DNA from: the human T2T-CHM13v2.0 reference genome, Homo sapiens
Reading direction: 5' to 3' (one strand)
Assembly (NCBI RefSeq): GCF_009914755.1
Contig: NC_060929.1
Length of the DNA: 64,000 bases
How positions within the stretch are numbered: the stretch's first letter is position 1; every line of letters starts with the position of its first letter. The notes beneath the pieces are model-generated. The model was not told the origin of the DNA. It worked only from the letters and a program-made list of their open reading frames with translations, and ran no database searches. The translations under genes were made by a program, and so were the position numbers. Below are positions 29,185 through 45,047 of this stretch, in pieces.

Positions 29185-32100
29185 AAACAGAATATGGAAA
29201 GTGCTAAATGAAAGGCACAATCAGAGAATTCCCCAGGCCCTCAAGAAGGAAGGCGGAATGGATGAGGAAGTCTGCTGTCCAAGGGGTGGGCCAGAGCTAA
29301 GGCAAGATTTGTGGGTGGGCCTTCACTAACCAGGCACAGGGAGAGGGCATTCCAGGAGCAGATGTAGATCTGGCCAAGGAATTAAGACAGGAATGCAAGT
29401 GGCGTTTTCCAGGCAAAAGATTAGGAAGTTTTAGATCAGCCTGGATATGGAGACCTTGAATAGCAAGCCGACTGAGGAATGCATGAAAGAATGACTACTA
29501 GCTGGAATAAGAGATAAATCTCAAGGCCTCTTTTCTCTTTCACCTCTCCTCTTGCCCACATCATGGACAGATAGTTCTGGCTTTTCCTTATACTCTGTTT
29601 CTGTAAGCAATTTTAAGAAGGCAGAGTGCATAATGGTATTACTTTTATGTCTGCGTGTGTATTGCCACCATGAAGCCTATAGTTTTGCTTTTCAAACTAC
29701 TAGATTGTGACCTTGTAATGATCTGGCAAAAGGCTGAATTTTTAAAAGCAGTAAATCCATATAGTGGATAATATTGGGAAAAAATTAGGGCTAATACTGA
29801 GGAATGAGAAGATTAGGAAAGAGATAAATAAAATATGGGTGGTATAAATAAAAATTAAAGTGAAAATGTGGGGAAAGGACTGCTTATGATTCACCTTACA
29901 AAATTTCTACCTTATGGGGTCTGTTTTCACTGTCAGTTCTTTCTGTGAATGCATGTTCATGAAGATACTGAAGGCTGTTTTTCTATAGGCAGCTGGTGGT
30001 TTTCTGCTGTAGGCAGAAGTGGTTGAGGTAATCCTAGGGAGGTGATGCTGAATGGGGCTGTGGTTCTACTTTATGTAAGGTTATTATATGTGAAAGAAAG
30101 AGTAATTTTTAAAAGTAATTAACTAGTGGTAGATTCTGAACTAACATTAGCAAAGGTTGATTATAAATCAGATTTTATTTTTACTACTGATTTAGAAAAA
30201 ATCTTTGGAGAAATAGATTTGGAATGGTTAAATATCACTTTAGGGAGCACATTTTGGTATCACAGCTTAAAGGTACTCTTAAGAGAAAGCTTTACAAATG
30301 GGGCAACCTGAAAAGACACATTTCATGTGCATTCAAATTCAAGATAAGACCCAAAGCTCTGTTGCCAAGGTAAAGGTTTTGAGAGTTAAATGGGAATTTG
30401 GAAAATAATATGCAAAAATTGACTTAAAATGTAGATAAGCCTACAAGTATTTACAGGGTGGAGACATCAGAGAATGTAAGAAATAGTTTGGATCACTAAC
30501 AGGAATGTGTAATGGGAAGTCAAAATCTATGCTGTCAGGAAAAATTCATATTATTGGATAGAAACTGTATTATTTGGTACATTTAAGATAAAATGAAAAT
30601 TGTGTTTTCAAAGGGTTACGCCTCGCAGTGGATGAGTGATTGGGGCGTTTTCTGGTTTCAGTGATTCTGTAGGCAGAAAACAGTTTTTACTGCCAAGTGT
30701 GTCAGTGGAGGTGGGGAGACAGAGACCTTGCTGTGTTAAGTGAAATCTGTTGCTTAAGAATAAAGCTGGGATTTCTGTAGAATGGAGAAGGAGTTTGGTA
30801 TTATCATATTATCAAAAATAACTGCTCTTTGAAAAGTAGATTTTTTAAAGTTTGATTATCAAGTATTTATTTAAAATACTGCCTAAGTATTTAAACACTT
30901 TCAGGCTCTGATTTTGTTTTTTTTACAAAGGAAACCTATGCCTAAAAATTATTTTAAGTAGTTATATGGATACATGAGCTACACAGTTTCAGACCTGTGT
31001 ATATGACTTTCTAAGAGGTCTATGGTATCCAATAATAAATGATTTTATGCAGGGATTTAACACATAATGGGTCATGCATTATCTATACCTTGTTAATGGG
31101 ATCTATATAGAGTGATAGCAGAAAAGAAAGTTAATTTTAGGATCCTTTAATGCCTATAAATTTAGAGCAAAAGAAATATTTCTAAAAGTTCAACTTTTGT
31201 ATACATATGCCCAATCACAAGTTTTACAGACATTTTTACACGTTTAGGCCTGAAATATTTGATTCCGCTCTTATTTGTCAAGATACAATATAATTACATT
31301 AGTAAAATGCAAACAGGGCAGATAAGTTTTCCTTCTTTTTCCTATGCTATAGTCATGCTGCAAACCCTCCATTACAGTTTTTTGGCTGAGGTAGGTCTAG
31401 ATGTCTAGAGGCCAACTAATACAGTTTTATATAATCAACATAGGGAAGTCATTTCAGAGACTGGCATTGAGCTCTTGGAGGGAAGAAAATGAACCTTAAA
31501 GCTTCTTGGGAATATCCCTCACTGCAGCAGAGTTTATGTGCTCTAATGGATGCTCCGTAAATGCTTGAGAGAATATAAGTCCCATAGGTTAGCATATACT
31601 TAATTCTACCTATCATGGAAACCTCTCCATACATTCTATAGCTGAAATATTTTAGGAGCTCAAAAGGAGTAACAGAAACTAAAGGGAACACCAGCTCCAA
31701 GATTGGATTTTTAGGCTTTCTTTCTAGTGTAACACTTCCCTTCCTGTTGGGCCATCGGCAACCATATCCTGGCTAATTAGAAGTGATTTTCAGGGGAAAG
31801 GAAGAGGTCATAAGTTCTTGCCTCCCTATTTTCCTTCTTGTTGGGTGCTAGTAACTTACCTTAAGAAGTAATGAAGTCCTAGTAAAACTCCTAATATTCA
31901 GAAACCAACTCTCATTATTCAAACATGTTGAGGAAAAAATGTCTCCTTGCGTCCTCTTCTGCTTAAAACTCCCCCAGTACCATCAAGCATGGACGGATAT
32001 ATGATAGTGGCAGTATCCAGAAGACACACCATCTATGTAACAAACCCTGGAAATAAAGTATGGTATAATCCTAAGCATTCGCTCAGCACTCTTGCTTCTG

Positions 32101-35009
32101 GGAATTTGCTATGAGTCAGCCACAGGCATCTCTGTGTACCTTCAAGCCCAGATTAGCACGTATGGGAGGATAAGAGAGAAAGTGTACTTCCTGAATACAT
32201 CTTGGGTAGAGTAAACTAATCCTTAGCTAGGTTGATGACATCCTTACCCAGAATTTAAAAGTTCAGTAGAGACTCTTCTTGAAATGTTGAATTTTTATTT
32301 CTGCTTGTTGCCCTCTATAGATGAGTGAAATGCAATGAAGATATTCATGGCTACTATAAAAATGCATTAGTTCTTTTTGGTGAGCTACTTGACTATCAGA
32401 GCCAAATATGTAGGTAGTTGGAATTAAATTTCCAATTTAGCATCCCCCTTAGAAGGGTGATGGAAGCTCCCATATCTTGGTATTTCTCTTTCTGAGTATC
32501 TGCTGTCTCACTGAGGCAACATGCTAGCCTCCATGTTGTATTATTTCACAGGTATAGAACTAAGTGACACATTGCCAATTCCCACGCCCCCCCCATTTTC
32601 TTTGATGGAGGTAGATTACATTTATAAGGTGTAGATATTGCTTGAAGGTACTTGTTCTTTCTTATAAGTAAGCAAGAAAGAGAGCAGCAAATAATAGCTA
32701 GGAGGAAGATGTGCCCACACCACATTCAGGCCACTTAGTCTATCTAGTAAGATAGAGTGTTTCAGGCATCAAGCATGTACTGGGAGACATGCATACAGAA
32801 AAAGAACAAGCAATAGACTCCTTTGAGAGTGACATGGTAGGTCTGAAGAGTGAATGTAACTTTTTGTCTCCATCCCCTCAGTGATTCATTAATTATTCAT
32901 TAGCTGTTTTTTTCCACCAGGATTACAATCATTTTACCTTTGCTTGCCAGCCTAGTGGGTTATTAACAGTGGTTACTCTATTTATTTACACATTTTCCTT
33001 GTGTATGTTATTCATCCTGTATTAGTTCACCCCCACCCCTAGTCACCATTCTTTTTTCTTTTGTTTGGCCTTTCATGGCTACCATATTACCATGTGATCA
33101 GAAAAAAAATGCACTGGTGTCAGAATTAGGCCAACACAGACATATGGGATGGTAGGTTCATTTGGGTTGGATAGAGAGCTGTTTGAAACTTGTATACACA
33201 TTTTTCAATTTCAAGAAGAAACATCTGCAGTAAAGGAAGCACTGCATAGTTTGCAGTGGTCTAATGGAGGTGAACTCAGGAATCTCAGATGCATTTAGCT
33301 CTACAAGTCTCCATTATACAAATGATGTTGAATGTTTCATCTCTTGCTACAGATTAGTTTTGGGCCATCATGAAAAACTTTCCTGAAGATTAAGTCAAAC
33401 TTATCTATGCATGCCTTCTTTGGATACATAGATCCACCTTTGACAGCTACTCTGTCCACTAACTCTGTCAAGTAGGACTGAGCTTTCTTGAACACCTCTC
33501 CTTTTGTTAACAAGAAGGAGAAGAAGAAAATTAAACACTCCTGGCATCTGCCTGGCTGTGATTTAGCCCTTGGTAAAAAGTATTACAAATTGAGACGGTG
33601 CCAGACTGCTCCTGTGATTCATCTCTTCTCCTGTCAAGACCAGTTGAGGCGATGCAATTGGAAACCTCTCTAGTTTGTGAAGAGACACTTTATGTTGGAA
33701 GCAACAGCATAAGCACAATAGTACTTAGGCATTCAAAGCAGAGAGAATTGGTTCCTCCTGATTGGGTGAACAATCACTGCAAATTAAGGTCAAAAGTATT
33801 GTCAACCAATTCAGTGTACTAGGCTTCTTCATCATTTCCCATGACTTGTTCTCTCTTAGGAGAAGGTTTAGCAAATTGGAGCAATTTTTTTTTTTAAATC
33901 TTGGTGCAGCGTTAGTGATAAAACACAAGAAAGTTTAAGGCTGGATATAGCATGTGCATCTATATCAAGATGAAGATCCATAGAGAGATGTGCTTGATCT
34001 TGGGATGCTGGATGAAAATCCAGGCACTGTGTTGTGGGAGCCTGATTTCTGAAAGTTGGGGCATCATTGTTTGGCTTATGACGTTTATAAGTGTCAGGTA
34101 CGTCTTGTCCCACAGAATACTTGTTATAGCTGTTAAAGGACAGATTGTCTTCAAGACAACTGGTACCCATGCCAGAGTAGGGTATATTCTGACAGAAAAT
34201 CCATTTACTCTCATCTGTAATTTATCCCCTTAGTTGAAACATGATCCCAGTGTAGGGCATTTACTTTTCACACTCCGTTTAAATCAGTGTGGTTTCTTCC
34301 TACCTTAATGAATTTTACCTCATTTCTTTGTCTTGCAAAAACCCAGGGCAGAATGGTAAAATTTCAAAACAAATCTTTCACAAGGCTGGAACTAGACACT
34401 CTGTTGGGTCACATGCAAGTTATTTGCAGAAGAGGAACACTTTGCATGTGAATAAGAGAAAGCAAAGCACTTACACCAGTATTCAGTGCTCTTGGGGCCA
34501 GGAGTGAGGGGCCTTCCATGTTTGCAGGACATCTGTTTGGGCCTTAAGTTCTGCTACAGCCCCAAGTCCTTATCTCATATCTGCCTGGTGTCCTATTTTT
34601 CTGCTTAAAGAGTCAAAGACTGAAATTCTTATCCTTGTTTCCCATTCATTCCTAAGTTACTTTAGCCTTCACATGGAGCCACCATGCTGTGGCCCACAGA
34701 GTGTGCTATTCACTTAAACTTATTTATCTTAACCTTTTTGTGAAATATGGTTGCATTCTTTGACTTTCCTTGCTTGTCACAGTTTACATTAATCCTGGAA
34801 CTTTTGAGTCTTAAGCGCTACATGATAGTACTCTTTCTAATGGTTTCTAATGTTACACGAATGCCTCTCTTTCCCATTTCATCCCTTTCTCTCTGTTGGT
34901 TTTGACTTTAAGCTCTCTGGCTGTTTCATGGCAATGATTATTGGTGACAGTATTATCTATTACCAAGTGTTTCTTGTTCAGTTTTGCATAGTTTCAATGT
35001 CCTTTTAAG

Positions 35010-35218
35010 CAAGGATTGCCAAACTATAGGCCACCTGTTTTTGGAGATGCCATTTAATTGGAACACTGCCATACCCATTCATTTACATATCACCTATGGC
35101 TCCTTTCTCACTACAAGGGCATTGTTTAGTAGTTGAAACACAGACCTTATGTACCTTCACCTCAAAACCTAGAATATTTACTATCTGACTCTTTACAGAA
35201 AAAGTTTGCTGATCTCTA
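35010..35218. mobile_element. MER58A (hAT-Charlie MITE)
   Basis: ttggaacactgccatacccattcatttacatat...aatatttactatctgactctttacagaaaaagtttgctga. Confidence 0.8.
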
Positions 35219-37834
35219 CTTTGAAGAAGAGAAAGTCGTCAGATACATACAATGCCAAAGAACTGCTGGCTATGAAAGGGATATTGTAGAATTCTGCAAT
35301 TTTCTTAAAGAATGGAAAACATTGGAAAAGAGTCACCTGTTTACAGGTGATTTGCATTTCTATAGGTATCAGAATAATGTGGGTGCTTGTAGGTTGGGGA
35401 AGGAATGGCAGGCCTTCTCTCTCTGTCAGTATCTTCAGGCCCTGAAGTCATACAATCAATGGATTGCTTTTCCTCTTCACTTTTCCATTTTGCCATAATT
35501 TTGCCAAGGGGGAGGTTGGAAGTGGGTTAATATTTTGCGTTAGAAGAGCATTTGGATACATCCTGATAATTACTTTATCTCAGATATTCTTAGATTCTCT
35601 CTAGTGAAGGCCACACCTTCTCTGTGCCTCAGGCTGGCATGGCCCAACTGTGCTACTTACCTTGGGTTCCTGCTGCTCAGCTTAAAGGGAATCTCTTTCA
35701 TATGCCTAGAGCCTTGTTTACTCAGTTCAGGTCTGTACCAGTTGACACCAAGTCAAAAAGCACTTTAGACAGAAGCCTGCTTTGAAAGTGCTAGCTAGCA
35801 GCAAATAAGTCTGGCTTAATTCTCCCTTGAGTCTGGAGATCTGATTGGAAGGGTAAAAGGGAGAAAGGGATGATTTATTTGTTGACTGGATTGACTACTT
35901 TATATTAGTAATTATGAGGCAATTCTACCCACATTATCTCATTTAACTCCCCATAAAAACCCTACAAGGGAGGTAATATACTTTGGAAAACTGAGACTCA
36001 GAGAAATTAAGTAAATTGCAAAGTCCCCATGCTATAAGCATTATAGTCTCATAAGCAAATGTCATGAGCTTCTTCTAGCTTTTTCTTCATGCTCACAAAA
36101 TGGTTGAAGGAGATCCAAGCATCATGTTTCTAGTTAAAAAGAAGGTGCAGAGTAAAAGGCAAAAGGCAAACGGACAAGCCAACCAAGTTTGTTCTCTTTC
36201 CTAGATGTTCTACTTGGTGACTTCAGCTTATATCTCATTAATGTGCATCATAGGATTATCTCTGCAAGGGAACCTGGAAAATATAGAAATTTGTTTGTGT
36301 TAAGCTGGGCACCTTGCCACCTCCATAAAAATGTGCTCTATAGGTACAGAGCAGGAGATAATCATTATTAATAGGCAACTTATAGTCTCTGTTTCAAGAG
36401 GTCATTCTGGTACCTGAGAAAATTGACAATCTCTGGTCTAAACTCTTACAGGCCTCTCTTGCCTTCATTTAAGATGAACTTGATAGAATAAAGATTATTG
36501 TTGTTCTCTAATCTCCTGGGTATGAGACAGAGAGGTAACAGATGGAATGATTTCTTTCTGGCTTCCATAGCAAACCAAAGCATGTGCCAGTGAAGAGTGG
36601 CAACTGCTACAAATACTTAGCCAAACGTGGGGAAGAGTGTTGATGCTGTAAGTCTCCTAGCTATGTCGAGGCAGCAGGTGTCTCTGTAGATCAGGGCAGC
36701 AATCCCTTTGGTAAGGGCATGAAGAGGGCACTTGGGACTACTGGATTGCATCATCTTGGCAGAGAAAAATGTAGCATATACTGGAACTCTAGCTGGGTAG
36801 GGAATTGACAAGTTGAACCACAAGTTGACTACTGTTCAGTCAGCACTAGCTTTTATCTTCCAGTCACCATTCCCTGTGGCTCTTCATTGATCGTCCACAA
36901 GCTCCAGGCCTGGGTGGTGCCTGTTGTGATATAAGAAGGGAAGAGTGATGGTTTCCAAAATGTGAACACTCACGTGTACAGTTTTCATGTTGATAATGAA
37001 ATGCTAGAAGGGGAACAGCTATCTGATGCCTATGTCTTTGTCCATACCTGGCTACCCATGACAAAGTTGTTGTTGTTGTGGTTGTTGTTTCACTCCAGGC
37101 ACAGGCACAGAGCCGCAAGAGTAGAAAACAAGAATTCCATCCTGCAAAAGAAAACTGAATCCCCCTTGCTTGGTCACTTAGGGAATCAAGTTCAGGAGGG
37201 CTGGACATGTTTTCTGTTGCTCTGTAATAGGGGCTGAAACTTAGTTCAATTATGGTGCTTAGCTGAAGCACCATGACTGAATCTTTTTTTGAGAAGGAGA
37301 AAGGAGAAGATTTTAAAATGAAATGCCATAAGTGTAACATAGTACATATAGAGGTCACAAACTTGGAAAGCCTGTGGTGTCTTGGAAGGTCACATAAATG
37401 TGTGAAACACGCCAGTTGCACACAGGCAAGCATATGTCCCTTCTAGAGAAATTATTGCCACTGAGGAATGCTGGTTCTAATCTCCACCCTCCCTTCCCCT
37501 CCCCTCCACTCCTGTAAAAACCAGAGGTTTGGAATTTTGCGTGAATAACTCAGTTTGTTAGTGTTGACAACCAGGCATGACAGTAGCTCATTTGGACCCT
37601 TTGTCCAAATCAGGAAACAGCAGCCCTTCCTTCATGGCAGCCCTGTAGCTACGCCAGTCGAGTGTGGGCTGGATTTCAGCCCTTACTCTCCTCCTTAGCT
37701 GAGACTTTGTGCCAGACACAAGCTGCCCAGCTGTAGACAGTGGGCCCAGAAGTTATCAGTGTTACATGAGCAAAACAAAACATATCTACGGGCCATACTC
37801 AGCCCATGGATTATTATTTTGCAGCTTCTGTAGC

Positions 37835-38050
37835 TGCGGTTAAAACAAAGCTCTGGGGCCAGATCACCTGGGTTTAAATCTGGGTTCTGCCCTTCAGGCA
37901 AATGACTCAGTATTTCTTGGCCTCAGCCTCCTCTATCTGTAAAATGAAGATAAATACTTGTACTTACTTAACAGGGTTGTTACGAGGATAAAATCAATAC
38001 TGTGGGGCAAACACTTAGCTCTACAGAGGGTGACACATAGCACTTAATGT
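37835..38050 (+). mobile_element. MIR
   Basis: ctctggggccagatcacctgggtttaaatc...gcctcagcctcctctatctgtaaaatg...agggttgttacgagga. Confidence 0.8.
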
Positions 38051-39026
38051 TATATAATACCAAAATCATGTGAAAATCTGATTTTTTCACACTTAGAGAA
38101 TATACAGCATATAAAATGATGGGAGAGTGCATGTCAGACCTTCATGATTATTTTCTGCTTCTTGGGGAAATGCTTATGCCTCTTTGGTCACTGTGAAGAC
38201 AGAGAACTCAAAATAGTAAGCATCACTTACTAGCTGGCCTACTAAGGCCACAAGAACAAATGAAGTAAACACTCTGCTTGAACCACTGATTTTGTTTGCC
38301 TGCATGAAACACTTGCACAGGTTGACAGCTGACATCCGTAACAATGACATCCTAAAACCATTAAGAAATGATTAAATTAAGTTCAGTATTATCTGTTGCA
38401 AAAGACAAAGATGTGTGAGGTACGTTTTAGAATAACTTACAATGAAAACAACTAAAAAGTGAGGAAGTTTAAAGTGGTGAGTATTCAATTGCTTGAGTTC
38501 ATCTTCTACACTGGCTCATTATCTGGAAGCTGGGCCACAGAGTTAATACTCCATCTTTAAAGACTGTCACAGGTGTTTGCACCTAAGATGCATCAGGTTC
38601 TGCAGTAAAAATTTGGTTCCTGGCACTGAGACAATGCTAGGAGGAGGGTGTTAACTTAGTACTGACCATAATGAAATCTGTGGTTGACTGCAAGGACCTG
38701 GGTTGAAATAAGACTAAATCCAGTAGTATTGCTCCGGTAGGTTCAATCATATTCAAGTGTTCAATAATGATTATAAAGAAGTGTCAAGCTGTCATGCTTA
38801 CTTTAAAACATATCCAGAAAAGAGAATCCAAGGAAGTGTATTTAGTTCTACCTGCATTTAAATTAGCTTTTTTTTTTATCATTACATCAATGTCATTAGG
38901 CCCTAAATGATATTAAGAGTGTCTATGAGACCCCAAAGACAAAGATTGTCCCCTAAACTTCTATTCTTATTTGTTTAACATGGACTTGGCCCAGCTACCT
39001 CCAATCTAAAGCTTCTTTCTCTAGAG

Positions 39027-39242
39027 TAAGGTATCTCAATCTATGCACTGTTGACATTTTGGGCCAGATAATTCTTTGTTCTTGGGGCTACCCTGTGCAT
39101 TTTAGGATGTTTAGCAGCATCTCTGGTCTCTACCCACTAGATGCTAGTGACTTCCTTCCCCTCAACTCATGACAACCAAAAATATCTGTATACATTGCTG
39201 TAATGTCACCTGGGGAGAAAATCTTCCTGGTGAGAAACACTA
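39027..39242. mobile_element. MER20 (hAT-Charlie)
   Basis: gcactgttgacattttgggccagataattctttg...aggatgtttagcagcatc...ctacccactagatgc...gacaaccaaaaat; TSD ctctaga(g/c) at 39019-39026 and 39243-39250. Confidence 0.88.
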
Positions 39243-40279
39243 CTCTAGACTAAGAAAAGTAGCCAGATTTTTAAACACAAAAGTGTTTTTCCTCCCAGAG
39301 GCAAAAAGTGCCCTAGAGATGGAAGAATTTTGAAAATAAGCTCTTCCACAAACTATACTGCCAAAATGGTTAGAGAAAGATCCTATAATCACCATGCTTG
39401 ACAAATGGTGTTTTTGCTAAGCCTCACAGCAGCTTTGTTCATGTATTGTGTTAATTGCAATTAAATAAACTAGTCTAGAAGTGCGGGTCATCATCCAGCC
39501 CATTCATATCCCTCCTTTACAGTACACATCCAGACTTCTTTCAGAGTTTTGCTTGCCCATTGGTGCTCACATATAAAAACTCCGTGGGTGGGAGTTAGGG
39601 ATTCATAGAGCAGAGAGGGACCTCAGCTCTTCATGTCCACTTTTCTTGTTTTAAAGGACAAGGCACTGAGGTCCAGAAAGTGGAATTTGCAGCACAAATT
39701 GCTATGATAAACCTCAGTGATTCAGCCCCTGGGATCTTCAATGATATAGGCACAGAACATATAACTATTACTGAGTAAAATGTTTAAAATTATGTTCTTA
39801 TGGCAATGTTCAAGGTTTTAGGCATAAGTAAGACAAAGCAGAGAAAAAATAAAAAATATTTTTCAAATTGAAGGCTTAAAAAATTAAGGATACCCTCTAT
39901 GTGCCTTCTGCTTTAGGATCCAGAATCTTATGTTTGTTTGCTCTTTATAACACATGACTGTGTAATATCAGTCAATTGTGACTGGTAAATTTCCATTAAT
40001 TTGCCTAATCATATTTAGAAATTATGCCTACTAAATAAATTATGGTTGGAACTTGAAAGGAATAATGGCTTAAATAAGTGATTTGTTCTTTAGTCAGAAA
40101 AATATTCTCACGCTCTCTCTCATACCCTCATGAAGCACTGTCATCTCCATCTAGTTTATAATTAAGGCAATGGGACCAAAGTCATCCTGTTGGCACAGGA
40201 TGGCCATCTCTGCATCCAAATTTCTTTTACTAATTGGAGAAAACCACTAATTGTACATTTTAAACTCAAAATGTCTTTA

Positions 40280-40392
40280 AGTATATATATATTTAAAATA
40301 TATTTTATTATTTTTATTAATTTATTAATTATAATTATATTTATTAAAATAATAATTATTTTTATTAATTTATACATATGTATAATTTATGT
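40280..40392. repeat. AT-rich low-complexity tract
   Basis: About 110 bp almost exclusively A/T. Confidence 0.8.
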
Positions 40393-41044
40393 TTTCTCCA
40401 TGTGGCTAGCTGTTGATCTAAAGGAGAAGGAGCAAGGCAGGAAAATTATCAGGTTCAGTGTTTAACTGGGAGATGAGGACATCACTAAAAGAAAGGTACA
40501 GCAGGTTCTACTGGTATGTACAAGTTTTGATTACAAGGTGTACTCTTGCCACCTGGTGTGGTGTCTCAGCTAACTTTAGTTTCTGATTACCGGGGTCTCT
40601 GAGACAACTCTCCAGGGTCAGGTATAGAGCTCCTTTTGCCCTTGGCATGTTCCAAATCGCTTCCTTATGCTCAACCTTCTGAGCAATACAAGGAAAAATT
40701 CCTTGTATTGGCATGTTATGAAGGTTATTGAAATACTTTAGGAAATGCCTTTGACCTTGTTTTGTACTTAGAGGATGATCTCATTCAGAAATGGGTAGTG
40801 TCAAAATATGGAATGTGCTAGTAAAATAAGCACACAATTCACTTAAAGAAACAAAAACAAGACAAGACAAAACAAAACAAAACTTGTTTGGGATGGGTGA
40901 AAGGCATGGGGCTGCAATTCATCCTGGATTTTAAGGTTAGAAGTGGTTGAAAGAAATGTGATATTTTTACCTAAACCGTGGTCAACTATACTTTTACTTT
41001 TTAGCAATGATGTGAATGAAGAATGGCTTTGAAGACTGTTGGTG

Positions 41045-41400
41045 GATTTGACAAATATTTATCAAGAGCCTGCTATGAGTGTCACCATTATAGGTGGTAG
41101 AGATTCCACAATGAACAAAACAGAGTCCTTTCTTACATTTTGTGAAGGGAGACCACCTCTAAACAAATATATATCATGTCAGGTAGAGATAAGTGCCATG
41201 GGGAAAAACAAAATAGGGTAAGGGGCTAGGTGGGGCAGGATCAGACCAAGGAATTTATATTTTATATAAGATTGTCAGGGAATGCCTCTCTAATTAGATG
41301 ACTTTTTTTTTTAATAGAACTGAAGGACATAAAAGGACGAGGCTTATGGATATCTGGGGGAAGATGTCAGAGGCTGTTATAAAAGTTGCAACAGGAAACT
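41045..41400 (-). mobile_element. L2 LINE 3' fragment
   Basis: acaaatatttatcaagagcctgctatg...aatgaacaaaacagagtcct...gtcagggaatgcctctct. Confidence 0.65.
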
Positions 41401-41986
41401 GATTAGGACTCTTAGCAGACTTATATGTGCTTAGAATGAAAGGGATTGGGATAAAAGAAAAGAGGGGAGCTTTGGGAAAGCATTAAACTGTGGCCATAGC
41501 ACTGATTGGATAAACCATAACATTGGATTATGGGTCTGCAAATTTCTTACATTTTTTTTAAAGTGTCAGACCCATAGCCCTAGTAATAAGCAACATGGTC
41601 TTTTCTTTGAGCATAGCTGTAATGAACATGTTATTCTTTTGGAGTTATCCTGCAAAGCTTATCAAACTCAAGAAGCAATAGTTTATATGCATTGCCCAGG
41701 ATGAATATTATTAATTTGGGTTGGGAAGTGATATGACCACATTCTGACTGACTATAGGCCCTAGTTCAGTTTACCTGATTTTATGCCCAATTTTTAATGA
41801 GAAGGGAGCTTGCTAGGCCAGGCAGGAAGAAAGAAATGGGGACAGTGTCAAGCAGGAAATGCAGAAGAGTTGAGTGTAGGTAAATCCCATCTTTCCTGGC
41901 TTTACGTTGCCTTCACATCCCTCATAATGATCTTCTACCTCAGTCTTCAGTATAAGCAGTATGTTGTTCTAAAGGTATGAAGTCTT

Positions 41987-42340
<354 letters not shown>

Positions 42341-43074
42341 TCATAGCACTTTTCCAAAAGAGTCTTACCTTATATTCTGGATCTCTTCATTATCTCAAGA
42401 GGGGCTTCTTTCTCTTTAAATGTGAAAAGAAGAGAGGCATCAGCTAGCCCTATTAGCCCAGGGCTAAGAATTGCTCCAGATTTTTGAATGCTTAACCTTA
42501 AACAAAGTCACATGTACCAGTGGAAAGTGGCTCCCCTGTTTTCAAGGACAGGTCAGATTTTAACTACGTGCCTCTTAGGCTTGCCCTGTCTTCGGAGTTG
42601 TTAAACATGCATGTTGGGAGCTGTTGACTGTTTTTTTTTTTTTTTTCTTTCTTTCTTTTTTTGCCTTATAATTTACTTTTATTTTAAATCTATTATACTT
42701 TGAACTGTTGACTGTTAGAGAAAGCAGTACTGGCTTAGGATCAGCAGAGAATATGGTTGAATTCTATTTCTTAAACTGAGGAGAATTTCTGTTTGAGCCC
42801 AGTCCAAGTCATTACTTGAGCAATTTTTTGCGCATTTTGCTGCTTAAGTGTTTATTTTTTTTTTGCTTTTACAAGTAATTTTTTTAAAAAAAGTTATCAT
42901 ACACTCAGCAAACATTTTTTGAGCACGTACACAATGCCCAGCCCTGTGCCATGCATGTTCAAAAAAAAAAATAGGTAACATTATATCTGTGCTTGTGAAA
43001 TTAATACATTTGTTAGAAAGATAAGACTTCAATCAGTAAAGCAATCCAAGAAGGAACAAGTACAAATCCAGGAA

Positions 43075-43310
43075 GGAGACATTAGCTCAGTGGAAAGAGT
43101 CCACTGAGGTAGGTAGACTTGGGTTTGAGTCAGAAGCAAGAGATTGCTTTTGTGAGATTTCGCTTATCCTGTGTGGGCCTCAGCTTCCTGTTATGTAAAA
43201 TGGGATAATAGTACCTATTACATTGTCACATTGGATTGCTGTGATGACTTGATAATATTTATATACAAAGCAACCAGTATAATGCGTGCTCATAGTAAGC
43301 ACTTATTATA
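43075..43310 (+). mobile_element. MIR
   Basis: gggcctcagcttcctgttatgtaaaatgggataatagtaccta...catagtaagcactt. Confidence 0.75.
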
Positions 43311-45047
43311 TTATTATTATTTATTGGACATATAATTAGAAGGTCTGGGTTATAATCTTGATTCTACAATTATTTAGTTTTGGTAAGTCACTTAACTTTA
43401 TCATACCATTCATGCATATTACCTATAAAGTGAAAGGAACAGAGGTTCTACAATTTATCTCCCAAATTCCATGGTATTTTGAACCAAAATGTATTGAATA
43501 AGTATTTGATGTTTGCTTCCCCTTCTTGTTAGTGATATTTACAATAGCAATAAAACATCAATATTTATTTAGGACTTGCTCTGGAGCCACGAGCCGTGGT
43601 GTGTTCTTGACATTATGTTATTTACTCCATGCTGCATACTCAGTGAGACAGATAACCTTGTCTTGTTTCCTAGATCCTAGGCCATATTTTATCCAGTTTA
43701 ATATTTCTGAAATCAGAATGTATTATGTAGTATTATGTAGTTAATAAATATATTTAATGTGGAATTTTTTTCCCAAAAGCCCTTTCTAAGTGAGATGGAC
43801 CCTCTTATGATTTAATGAGGATGTCTTCCAAGGGAAATAAATATTTTTTCTATATTTCTGATGGTAAAGTTGAAGCATAGAGAGGATAATTTACATGACC
43901 AAGATTAATGAACTAACAAAAGCAAATTCAGGACTTGAACTTAGGTTTGTTTTATTTAACAATGCTCACCCTACCGTACTTCTTGGGAGCAAAAAATTTA
44001 AAAAGTTTCTAACATATATTCATTAGTTCTTTCCATTTTTTATAGCAAAATATATTTGATCTGTCTCTAGAATCAATGATAGATTCACTATTTGTTAACT
44101 TTTAACAGGAATATATTTTAGTCCCTCTAGCCTGACTTTATAGGCTATGTACCCAGTACATGAAAATATATAGTAGCCTCAATTTAATGTTGATGTTTAT
44201 TTGATGTCGACATCACTAGTGACACTGGTCAAGCGTATCCTTTTAGATAAGAGCCTATTAGAATTATATATTCCCTGTAGAAATCTTACCTTGACCATAG
44301 TACATTTAACAGCAGATTTTTCTCAGACTTTCAAAATCCTGAAAGTCTGGGTCATTACAAGAAAACAAGGATGTGGTCATAAACAGTTGATTATTAAGCA
44401 AATTCATTGAAAATTAACAGCAGTATTCTTTGACCTCACTCTTTATAGCCAAACTGCTAATCTTGGGTAAATTATAAGATTATATTACTAATCCATTGAC
44501 ATTTAGCACAAATTAGCTATCAAATGGGTCAGTTGTTACTGTTGGAAACTTATGAAAATACATTAAAGTTCTTCCCATTTCCTGTATGTTTCTTTCTCTG
44601 ACACAGAATCTTAGAGGCTTTTATTAGGCTGGGAGAACTTCCCAAATAATCTAATGACTAGTTGAATAATTGTTTATGATATAAAATCAGCTTTGTTGTC
44701 AGAATGATTACAGTTTCAGGGTCATAGTTAATAGAAAAAGATTTCAGTGAAGGTTACCATTAGTCGTTGTAAGTATCCCTTGATTCAAGAAGTGAAACTT
44801 TTATTGAAAAAACTATTTGCAGAGCTGGAGCCCTGATGGGCCTTTCTGAAGTTTTTAAAATTAAGAAATCCTATCTCTACTTTTAACAAGACATGAATGT
44901 TAGTATATTCACCCAGACTAAATGAATGAATGAATGATCACATTACACATGCTTGGGATTTGATTTCCTTCCTCTGGTGTTCACTGGACTAGCAGCTTCA
45001 GTACTCAAGTGCGATTGTAAAATTACACATGGTGGAATTCAAAATGG

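Noticed and set aside
36864-37433. 189-aa minus-strand ORF with poly-Thr
   Set aside because: The Thr run comes from a (TTG)n microsatellite; no recognisable domain or exon structure.
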